From Lingula anatina (Eukaryota; Animalia; Brachiopoda), in the NCBI GenBank assembly GCA_051362555.1, contig CM120646.1, positions 22,568,001 to 22,632,000 on the forward strand: 64,000 nt of DNA, in the 5' to 3' direction. Positions 1 to 11,870 of this stretch are shown piece by piece (the first letter of the stretch is position 1; each line of letters begins with the position of its first letter). The position numbers and the translations under genes were made by a program. Below the pieces are notes generated by a model. That model did no database searches and was not told where the DNA came from. It saw nothing but the letters and a program-made list of their open reading frames with translations.

Positions 1-77
1 ACGCTCGGTGGAGTCAGTCTCTGAAGCGTTGTCATGGACAGTCCGCGTGCATGCACAATGGTCACGCTATCGCAAGT
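1..77 (+). CDS. ZIP ectodomain exon, partial (..[19 protein letters not shown])
   Basis: Frame 3 is open up to a GTAGGC donor at 78; phase 0 matches the next exon. Confidence 0.55.
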
Positions 78-3000
78 GTAGGCCTACGAGTCTGAGGCTT
101 ACGTTTGGGTAACTAATGTTTTCAAGAAGATATATATATATATATATATTTTTTTTTTCTTCTGTTTACATGTGTTTCAAAATGCACTTTAATAGCTAAA
201 TGATAAAATTTAAAATAAAAGGAAATTAAATTTAAAATAAAATAAAACGAATTTGAATGAAATGAAATCAAAACAAAACAAATCAAAAATAAGATAAAAA
301 ATAATGAAATTAAAATAAGATAAAATAAGATCAACTAAAAAGTAAGATAAAATAAATTAAATAAAAAGTGTTTATTTTTTCACGTAACATAAACCCTGCA
401 TTTCTTTAGTCACCTTGTCAACCACTTATTTAAGAGTATATAACTTTTAAAACATTGGGTTCACTTTGTCTTGTTTTACTTGCGTTTGCTGTTATGAGCA
501 CTTTTGTTTTGCATCTTTATGGCGCGCGATAGATATGACGATGAAGTCAACGAAAAGTTATGTGAAAAGCAAATCCCCAAAAGTACCAGGTATTAGAAAT
601 TCTTAGGTATTGTAACACATATTTATGTGGACTACAAAATCAATGCATGAAAGCATTTTTGATTATACAAACGACTTAGTTGCGTTGCTTTAACAAAACC
701 GTAACAGAATCTGAAACTAGTTCAGAAAACCAAAATTGCAGAGAGAGTTTCTTCGTCTTGACTCTAGACGATTTTTGTTTTTTTTTTTTAAACAAGACCA
801 ATGATGAACAATTGTTCTATCTTAACTAGATACCCTCGGAAAGAACAGAGAAAAGGGCTAATGACGTTTTTATTTGTGAGCTGTGTCTTTTTCTTTAGTT
901 TGTTAGCATGCGTGGAGGGGGGGGGGGGGTGTCGAAGCAGATATTGATGGCCAACAGTTCTATTTAGAACTTTAAAGTCAAGCTGTTATTACCATGTCTG
1001 TTTATTTTTCATTACAAATGTGGTTTTCTTGTTCCAGATGGTCTTCATTTTTCTGAAGCACACTAGGATGTCACCTTAATTGGTTAATCAACCTGGTTAA
1101 TTGACCCCCCCCCCCAAAAAAAAAAAAAAAAAAAAAAAACGAAGAAACTGACTTCAGAATGCCATATAGCCGCTTAATGCAAAATTCTGTTTGTTGAGGG
1201 TAGGAAATACCTTTAGCATTCTGCGTAATTGACCTTTTTTTTTAGCATGATGCATTATTTGAGCCCAATAATATTCTGCGTGAAACGTACGTGATTCAGG
1301 AATTCTTAGTGATTGGTGATTGACCTGAATATATATCTTCGTGATTGGTGATTGAGCTGTTTTAATTCTTGGTGATTGTTGATTAAGGGGAGAGGGTATT
1401 CCCTACTCTCTCTATATATATATACAGATGATCGGAAAATAATTGGAATATATTCACCAAAAATAATTTCATTTTTTATCTAGTGTATGCCATTGACTAC
1501 AGTTTTCTCTGTGGTTGGTGGAAACATCAGCGTTGGTTTGAGCGAGGAGCAGTACAACCAGGCCAGCGTGCTCATACTTTACTTCCTCCATGGTCAGGAG
1601 AGTGGGGTGTGCAATTTGAATTCCACATTGCCATTCAGCTTCTTTGCAGATGCGTTTATGAAGGTATAATTGATTGTTACTAATGAAGAAATCATTTTGC
1701 TTGTTTCCAAGGAGTTAACCAATTTTATTAACTTTTTTTTTTTTTTTGAGATTTATATAATATAAAATGATAAAATTGACTGAAGTTTTGTGTTGGAGTG
1801 TAGTGATTCATACTCATTTACCAAACAAATTAATGTTATAAATGCCTTACTTTTCAAGTAAAAGTATAAGATCAAATAGTTGAGTGTTGATAGAAACCTT
1901 GTATATTTGAACATGAAATTTGTTAATATTTTTAAAGAGTAAAAGATAAAAATAAGTAAACATAGGTGATATTGTTTCTATTTAGTATGTGTTATGCATT
2001 TAACTTAATCATAGATTTTGTGGAAATGATTGACTGGTCTATCACAGAAAGACTGTTTCTTAACACCGTTGTGATGTTATATAACACATTTTCAGTTTCT
2101 GACCAGTCCACATGGCTCCACTCCAACCAATTACAGTACCCTTCATCAGTGGGAACATTACCTAGAAGATGTCAACAAAACCTACACACCTAACACAGAC
2201 CAGGGTGCTGCGGTAATCTGGGAAATTAATAATAAAAGTGTTGTCTTATGCATGTCAATGAAATGACTTCTAAGTTCATTTGATTTCTGAAGCTTTTGTT
2301 TTTCTGACTGTGATTCACAAATCAGAAAATATTGTTTAATACATTGTGATGATGATGATTTTGTCCTCAGTTCGTAAAAGTCAATAAATGTTGTAGTACT
2401 GTATGGGCATGTCATCATTCCAATGTATGCAGAGCTATCTGCTCCCTGGAGCTAGAAGCATCTACAGACAATTTGAATCTGCCAAAAATAAATAAATAAA
2501 TAATAATACAAAAGAAAAAAAGAAAAAAAGCTGGGAAAATTATGAACAGCACTAAGGCCCAGTTAACTTGACACTGTAGTGTATAAGAACCAGACTGTAC
2601 GGTAGACATAAAATCATATGTGTTTGTTCCCATTCCTAGGGGTGCGTGAGTGCGGAAGTGCTGTACCAACAGTCTGGGCTCAGTCTTACGGCAGGCGCCA
2701 GTGAAGAACAGTCTGAACACATGGCAGCACTGCTGGTGTATTACTTAGTTAAAGGTGAGTGTGTGGTGATATGACTAACCTGGGCCTTGGACATATTCAG
2801 GTGTGGATCCAGAGATCTTTTCTGACAGTCTTCCAAATTATCTTTGTTTATCCATCCTCCATTTTTTTACCGTCTTCCGGCAGCAAAAAAATTAGACACA
2901 CGTCAGTGTAAAATTGAAAATCTGACCGTCTCAACTCACCCCTGAGTTTGTGATGATATGACTCACCAAGGCCGTGGACATATTTGATATGTATAATGAG

Positions 3001-6000
3001 TCCATGTTATAGCAAAGGACTGTACACATTAGCCAAATAGTGTGTTTTTTTAAGAGGAATGTTAGAGGAACATGTATACTCTGTGTTTGAAAATGTCTTA
3101 AACTAACATTTTCTATATCTACTTGTGCATATCCTGCAGAGCTAAGTATTTTAACAAGTACCCCTCAAATTATTTACAGTACATCATACATGATGTCCTT
3201 ATTATAGGAAGACGTGGCAGTCTAAACGACTTTCCAGTCATTGGAAACTTACTTATTTAATATTGAGAAATGGTTTAAAACTTTGAATCCAAGTGCAGGA
3301 ATGTGTTGAGCAATGTAAGGAGGACAAAATTGTATTTATAATACTGTTAGGAGTGAATAAACAGTATTATAATACTGTTAGGAGTGAATAAACAGTTTTC
3401 ACTATGTGTAATAATTTAAGTCAGAAACTTTTAAGTGAAGGAAGTCAGTAGGATGCGCAACACGGGGAAGATAATGAGAATAAGGCAGCAAGGTTTAACA
3501 GCTTAAAATAATGTAATGAAAAATTCATTGAAAATGAAGATGTAATTATTAAAGGTAAGAATGCTACGGTAAAGTCTTGAAAATTTCGTCGTTCTTGAAA
3601 ATTTCGTCGGCAGACGATTTTCCGCCGACGTAATTTTTTTCCCTTTGAAAACTTCGTCGACCTTGAAAATGAGGTACTCGATAATTTTTGAAAAGTTCGT
3701 CACCAAATATGGCCGCGTTGTCCAGCTCAAACATGAAGGTAATGCGTCAGTTGATTCAAGACAATGATACGATCAGGATATCATTGCCGATAACACTCTC
3801 AATGGGAGATAGGAACAATAGTGCGCCCCTGCGAGCGGTTACTCATATAGATGGTTTAGATGTGAATTCCCGTTCTCAATTGCGGGAACGTCGGCCTTTT
3901 GTCTTTAGTTGCATTACTATTACCTGGCTTAAGGTGCGTTATCAAGCCGGCAAATAGAAGTCACAGGCCGCGGCTTTGTCATTTGTAACGCCGTTATTGT
4001 TATCGGCGGCTGTCCTAAATGAGGAAGACACAATGAAAAAATCAAGATATTATCTCGAAGGGAAATGTACCCGTCACTTCTATTCATGTCCATGTTCAAT
4101 TTAGGACCATTTAATGATTACCTGACTCGTACATGGAGATCGTTCGCAATGCGAATGGGACGAGATGGCAATTTTCATATCTTCAGCGGAGAATCGTTCT
4201 CGTAATATCGTCAACAGATCGTTCGCAATCCAAACGAGACGAGAAGATAATTTTCATATTTGTAGCGGACTCCGTTCGCATAAGATCATCAGCGGGAGAT
4301 CGTTTGCGATTCGAGAGAGACGAAAAGGCAATCTTCATATCTTCAGCTGGAGATCGTTCACGATGTAAGCGAGAATAAAATGCACTTCTCATATTTGTTC
4401 AAGGGAACTTCGTTCGTGGAAGATCGTCAGCAGGAGATCATTATTTTAACCCCCCCTCCCCCTTTGAATTTTATAAATAATATATATTTTTCATTTTATC
4501 TTTAACCCCCCCCCTTCCCCCGCTCACGGCATATCTTCAGCGGAGAATCGTTCGCGTAATATCATCAAGACTTTGTTCGCGTAAGATCGTCAGAGGGAGA
4601 TCGTTCGCGATCCGAGCGAGACGAAAAGGCAATTTTCATATCATCATCGGGAGATCGTTCGCGATGTAAGCAAGAATGAAATGCAATTTTCATATTAGTT
4701 CAAGGGATTTAGGGAACTTTATTCGCGGAAGATCGTCAGCGGGAGATTATTTAACCCCCCCCCCCCCCTCATTTTATCTTTAACCCCCCCTTCCACCGCT
4801 CGCGGCATATCTTCAGCGGAGAATCGTTCGCGTAATATCGTCAAGACTTTGTTCGCGTAAGATCGTCAGAGGGAGATCGTTCGCGATCCGAGCGAGACGA
4901 AAAGGCAATTTTCATATCATCATCGGGAGATCGTTCGCGATGTAAGCAAGAATGAAATGCAATTTTCATATTAGTTCAAGGGATTTAGGGAACTTTGTTC
5001 GCGGAAGATCGTCAGCGGGAGATTATTTAACCCCCCCCCCCTCATTTGATCTTTAATCCGCCCCCCTTCCCCCGCTCACGGCATATCTTCGGCGGAGAAT
5101 CGTTTGCGTACTATCCTCAGGACTTTGTTCGCGTAAGATCATATCAGAGGGAGATCGTTCGCGATCCGAGCGAGACGAAAAGGCAATTTTCATATCATCA
5201 TTGGGAGATCGTCCGCGATGTAAGCAAGAATGAAATGCAATTTTCATATTAGTCCAAGGAATTTAGGGAACTTCGTTCGCGGAAGATCGTCAGCGGGAGA
5301 TCGTTCGCGATCATTGCTAGACGAAAAGGCAATTTTCACATCTTCATCGGGAGATTGTTCGCGATGTAAGCAATAAAAAAATGCAGTTTTCATATTAGTT
5401 CAAGGAACTTAAATTGCGGAAGATCGTCAACGGGAGATCATTATTTTAACTCCCTGTAAATTTTTAGGAAGTTACAGATGATAACTTTAGAAGGCCTGAC
5501 ACTCAATCCTGGGAAAAGCCCTGCATGCAACAAACCTTCCCAAGTGTGTAATTTTTTTAAACATGTCGCGTCCAGGTTATGATGCAAGGTTGCAATTAGG
5601 CTTATCTTGATCCTTCTCCTCTATCAGGAGGTATGTTTCTTACCGAGAAAATAATTCTCAACGTGTTTTCGGGTACAGTAAGTTAAATATAACTTAATCG
5701 AGATGCACTAATAAATAGATTATTATTTACCACCAGAAAATGACTTAGGAAGTAGTAAAAAATATCCCACCATATAGGAGGGTCAAAGATAACAGTCACT
5801 AAGGATAAAAGCCCAAAGGCCGGATTTTTGAAAATTTCGTCATGCGGGGAGAGGTAATTTTGAAAAATTAGTCGGATTTACACAATTAAAAATATTAATT
5901 AATTTTTAAGCGACGAAATTTTCAAGACTTTACCGTAATGCGCCCCACCAAAATAAACGCTGCTGGGTGCCACCGTGGGTGGTGGAAAAGAAAAAAGTGG

Positions 6001-9000
6001 AAAAGTAAAAAAGCAGCAGAAATGAGGATGTGACACGATTTACAGATGAATAATGAGAAGCATAAAAATTGGCAAGCTTACCTGATTTTACTTGTGTCAA
6101 ACATGTAAGAAAATTCACTTAAGAATTTCATCCCTGTCCATCAGCAAGGAAGAGACAGGATCTTGATGCCTGACCATGTGTTAACACAATAATAATTAAT
6201 TGGCAAGTCTTGCTTCTGATTGGTTGTGGGCCTTAAGTGTCCAAAGGTCTTCTACTGGTCATTGCTATATTTGCGAAGAGATGTGTAGAAGAAATACCCC
6301 ATAGACTCCCAAAAGTAAATCCTTTATTGTGAAATCAGTTATACAGTAATCTTGTATTTTTCTCAGTGAAAAATTCAGTTTGGTTGAAAATCCTTGATAA
6401 AAACCTATAATTCAATCAGTTAGTCAGTTATATATTTCCTCAGACCTAGTTGTTTAAAATATTATACATATCCCATATAAACCTTCTAGCTACCCACATT
6501 TCATTGAAATTATTTTTCAATGAATATCATGTTTTATTATGGTTCAAGAGGTAAAACAGGTAAAAGATTAATAAAAAAAATAAATAAGAACAGCAAACAG
6601 TTGTATATATACTTTAAAAAAGTTGAAAAGCATTACGTGAAATATTTCTGTGGGTTTTTGATGTACTTAGATGGTAAACTAAGAGGTAGCTTCCCTTCCA
6701 AAGGTCCCAGCTGAACATACTGTTTCTCCAGTTTGAAGATGGGGATTGTAAGCTTTCTTATAATACCAGCGCGACTGATTTGGTAGACATCTTTGTAGGG
6801 GTATTTCAACATGGCTGCTTGCTGGCTAAACCCACTTGGGCTATGGATTAGAATATCACATTTTGAAAGCATGAGGAAATCTGTTAAAGCTTTTTCCATG
6901 TCTCTGCATCCTGCTTTTGGCTCATCGACGTGACTCAGAGGACCTTCTATGTCCACCAATTGGTCAGGAAATAACATCTTGGCTGCTGTTCTTACATCTT
7001 CTGCATCAGTGGATACAAATAGTTTACTTTTTCCAACACGTTTGATGGTCTCTTGGAGAAATTTAAAAACGTTTTTCATTCCTGACACTTTAATGAATTC
7101 CAGACGAATCTGAGCACAGACAAGGGTAGAGTCATTTGAGGGTTTTAAAAGATGGTAATATTTTTGAAATTTCTTTTGGAATCGTTTGTTGGGACTGAAA
7201 AGCTCATGAAAGAGACGTCTGAACAGAGTGACATAATGGAAGTCCTCGATTGGCATGTTGAAGGCTTTTTCAATAGTTTTTGTGAAATTTTTGTTAAACC
7301 TTAAATAAGGTATGATATCGTCATTAGTGCGGAAAGTGATGATGTCTTCTGGAAAAGTCTCTGAGAGATTAGAACTCTGAAGAACCCAGTTCTGAAATGT
7401 TAATTTGAAACCAAAAAGCTTGATATCTCTGGTTGTAGCATGTTTTGCTGTTATGTCTTCTTTGTCCCATGGAGTTTTATTCCCATGAAAGAACTTTTTT
7501 AGGTTACAAGGAAAAGTATGTGAAATCCTGTATTCTCTCCCTGTTAAAATGGCAAATGCGTAGACTGAGATGATACCACGCAATCGATCTCCCCATCCCA
7601 TGCAGTGATGGTGACACTGCCAAATGGCATATTGACATTTTGTCTTTGAGCAGTCACGTCTTTTTACATCAAGCATAACATTACTTCCACTTCTACTTAT
7701 TTGAGTTTGACTTGAATGTCTCTTGTTGTCCTGTTTTAATGGGAAGGTGATCGTCTGCCGTATTATGGCGGTGGTGGTTTGGTGTTCGTCATGCTCGCTA
7801 TCACCTTGTTTTCCCTGCTTACTATTGAATGATGAGTTATCATCATAACGGCGATGTTTTGTATCCATTCTTTTCATCTGGATTTTCTTGATGATCTTCT
7901 TACCTGTTTTATCTTTGCCACTTTCACCCAACTTTTCCTGGCTGCCTTGGGTTGAAGGATCATTTTTCACATTCAACCTCCCCATACCAGTGGCATCACG
8001 CAGGCTGTTTTGGTTGCCAAGTAACTTGGTGCGTTTGCTAGCTGTGAGTGCTGCTTGAAAAGATAAGGGATTCCTTGTTGACAGAGACATGCCGCACAAG
8101 TAGCTGACATAGCTGGCGAGAATCCCAATGCAAGACAGAAATAAAAGGAAAAGAAAGCACTGCTTGTACTTCTGAATATGTCCCTTTTGCTGGACTTCTG
8201 ACATGATTCATCTGGTGAAAGCAACGACTGCTTCAGTTTTCTCTCCTACCAGCATTCCCATAAAATATGTCAGAACTATAATGTGAGATTGTGCATAATC
8301 TTTCCCTGTTTCTGAATAATTTTTAAAAGAATTAACATGCTTGCATGAAATATAACAGGTAATTTGTGATTTTCATACCATGGCCTATTGGGATTTTTAT
8401 TCCGTAGCTGGAAAAGGGAATGGATTACAGCTTTGCTAAGTTATTAGTAAGATTAAATGTGTACTCTGTTAACTGAAAAGTTAATTCTATGTCTGATGTC
8501 TTGAGTTGGTGTGGAAAAAGTATTTAATTCCCAGCCTGAAACAGGGTGATCTTATGGTGCCGGGGAGGGGTTGGGGTGGGGAGGGGTGGGGGTGGGGAGG
8601 GGTGGGGGTGGGGAGGGGTGGGGAGGGGTGGGGGTCGGGAGGGGTGGGGGTTGGGGGAGGGTGGAGGGTGCAGGAAGGAATGCATTTTTTCCAGTGTATT
8701 TTAAAAGTGAAGTTTTAACCTTGGTTAGTTTTAGCAACACACTTCAGCAGATTTGTCAATATTGTTTGGTACTAGTATGTGTTCACAGTATTGACATGCA
8801 CACTTACACACATGCTTTACATACATTCACTTATGCATACATACATTCCAACTTGGCTGCATACGTAATGCTTGTCATATACAGTATCAGCCACCATAAA
8901 TTGCTCCAACACATATATTACAACAACCACATTAAATCCATCACATATATTACAACAACCACATTAAATCCAGCACTGAAATACAACAACCACAATGAAA

Positions 9001-11810
9001 ACTAACCTGGCACATAAATGCAGCAAGCACATGAAAAGAAAAATAATCTAACCATGGAATGACACAAAACATCTAATGAGGAAATCCATTCACCTTTAGT
9101 GATAATTTGATGATAATTTTGGTGATTGCTTATTTGTTTCACTTTCAATTGTCAGTTGAAAATGATAAGTTTAAGGGGGGATAAATGTATAATTAGGAGG
9201 CAGTTTTATAATAGTGAAATGTCCCATTTAAAATGTATAAAATCAGCGCATCTCCTGACTCATCTAAAAAATTAAGAAAATATGAAAAAAAAAAACTAAA
9301 AAAAAAACAAAAAAACAAACAGTTATAAATGCTTGGATGCTGATCTCTAGAGTCTACATACTATTGAAAACAACATGTCTGGGCTGGAATAATTCAAAGA
9401 GTTTAGCAGCACTATGTGAAATATTTTTGGGGATTTTTGATGTACCTAGATGGTAAACTAGGAGGCTGCTCCCCTCCAAGAGGTCCCAACTCTTCATATA
9501 GATTCTCTAGTCTAAAGATGGGAATTGTTAGCTTCGTAATAACACCAGCGTAGTTGATTTGGTAGACATCTTTGTAGGGGTATTTCAACATGGCCGCTTG
9601 CTGGCCAAACCCACTTGGGCTATGGATTAAAATGTCACATTTTGAAAGCATGAGGAAATCTGTTAAAGCTTTTTCCATGTCTCTGCATCCTGATCCTGGC
9701 TTATCAACGTGACCAAGAGGACCTTCTATGTCCACCAATTGGTCAGGAAATAATGTCTTGGCTGCTGATCTTACATTCTCTGCATCAGTGGATACAAGTA
9801 GTTTACATTTTCCAACACGTTTGATGGTCTCTTGGAGAAATTTAAAAACGTTTTTCATTCCTGACACTTTAATGAATTGTAGACGAATCTGAGCACAGAC
9901 AAGGGTAGAGTCATTTGAGGGTTTTAAAAGCTGGTAATATTTTTGAAATTTCTCTTCAAATTGTTTGTTGGGATTAAAAAGCTCATGAAAGAGACGTCTG
10001 AACAGTGTAACATAATGGAAGTCATCAATCGGCATGCTGAAGGCTTTTTCAATAGTTTTTGTGAAATTTTTGTTAAACCTTAAATAAGGTATGATATCGT
10101 CATTAGTGCGGAAAGTGATGATGTCTTCTGGAAAAGTCTCTGAGAGGTTAGAACTCTGAAGAACCCAGCTCCCAAATGTTGGAAGGAAACCAAAAAGTTT
10201 GATATTTCTTTTGGTTGCATGTTCTGCTGTTATTACTTTTTCGTCCCATGGAGTTTTATTTCCATGAAAGAACTCTTTTAGGTTACAAGGAAAAGTATGT
10301 GAAATCCTGTATTCTCTCCCTGTTAAAATGGCAAATGCGTAGACTGAGATAATGCCACGCAATCGATCTCCCCATCCCATGCAGTGATGTTGACACTGCC
10401 AAATGGCATATTGACATTTTGTCTTTGAGCAGTCACGTCTTCTCACATCAAGTGTAAAATTTCTTCCACTTCTACCTATTTGAGTTTGGTTTGCTTGTCT
10501 CTTGTTTTCCTGTTTTGATATGAAGGCAGTTGTCTGTTGTATTTTGGCAGTAGTAGTTTGGTGTCCATCATGTCCTTTAGCACTCTTAGTTTCTGGGCGA
10601 GCTTCGAATGATGAATTATCATGGCCCTCTCCTGTTTCCATTCTTTTCATCTGCATTTTCTCACTGCGTTTCATGCTCTTTTCTTCCCTGCCATTTTCAT
10701 CCAGTTTGTCCAGGCTATCTTTGTTTAAAGTATCTTTTTTTATATTAAAACTTCCAGTATCTTTAGCTTTCATCTCCAATTTCGTATTACTTTTCAGGCT
10801 GTTTTCTTCCTTGCCACTTTCACCCAACTTTTCCTGGCTACCTTGGGTTGAAATATTGTTTTTCACCTTCAAACTCCCTGTACTGGTAGCTCCAGTTGGG
10901 TCAATTTTACTGCTGGTTAGCACCGTGTGTTTCCTTGTTGTGAATGCTGCGTGGAAAGAAAATGGATTTGTTGTTGACGGAGACAAGTAGCACAAGTAGC
11001 TGACGTAACTGGCGAGAATTCCAATGCATGACAGAAATAAAAGGAAAAGAAAGCACTGCTTGTAGCCCTGAATTCGGCCTGTTTGCTCTGTTTCCGACAT
11101 GATTCATCTGAGGACTGCAGCCTTTCCTTCTTCATGAATTAATCCTCTGCTTCAGTTTCATATTTGTACCAGCATATCCATAGAGTTATTACGAAAAAAA
11201 AATTCTGATTGTGGTTAAACCATACCTTTTTCTGCTCTATTATTTATTTGGCAAGCATGAAACTATATGCCACATACTTTCCTGTGGTATTCAGAACAGA
11301 GCATTGTTGGTGTTTCATGCTGTGGCTAGAAAACTTAAGATGATCGATTGCAATATGTTATACATACTGTTGGTGGGATTATAAAATATTATATAATTAT
11401 GTATATGTTCCCCAGTTGACTTTCTTGACCATGCCTGGGAGGGGAGCTGGGGGGGAGCTAGGGGAAGGAATACATTTGTCCACTGTATCAATGTTTTAAC
11501 TTTGATTTTAATAGCACCAAACTTCAGCAGTTCTATCAACATTATTTTAGTGGTATATGTATGTGCACACACACACACACACACACACATGCCTGAATAC
11601 ATTCCAACTTGGCTGCATATTACATATTGTATCAGTTCAACCACAATAGAAAGTTACCCATCACATACAATACACAACCATAATGAGAACTTACCCATCA
11701 CATAATATACAACAACCACAGTGTTAAGTTACTCATCACAAATAATACAACAATCACAAATAAATAAGTTCAACAATTGTATTGTGTCAGTTAAAATTTA
11801 TTCATCATAT

Positions 11811-11870
<60 letters not shown>

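Noticed and set aside
4133-5252. Short ORFs in the tandem array; CRISPR-like appearance of the subrepeats
   Set aside because: The spacers are themselves repeated, there are no cas genes, and the context is eukaryotic; the ORFs are repeat-derived.
8506-9005. Gly-rich and Pro-rich ORFs
   Set aside because: They are translations of the G-rich simple repeat.
10502-10990. 162-aa + strand ORF
   Set aside because: It is the antisense shadow of the Lys/Glu-rich stem of paralog 2, and no equivalent long ORF is listed opposite the other paralogs.
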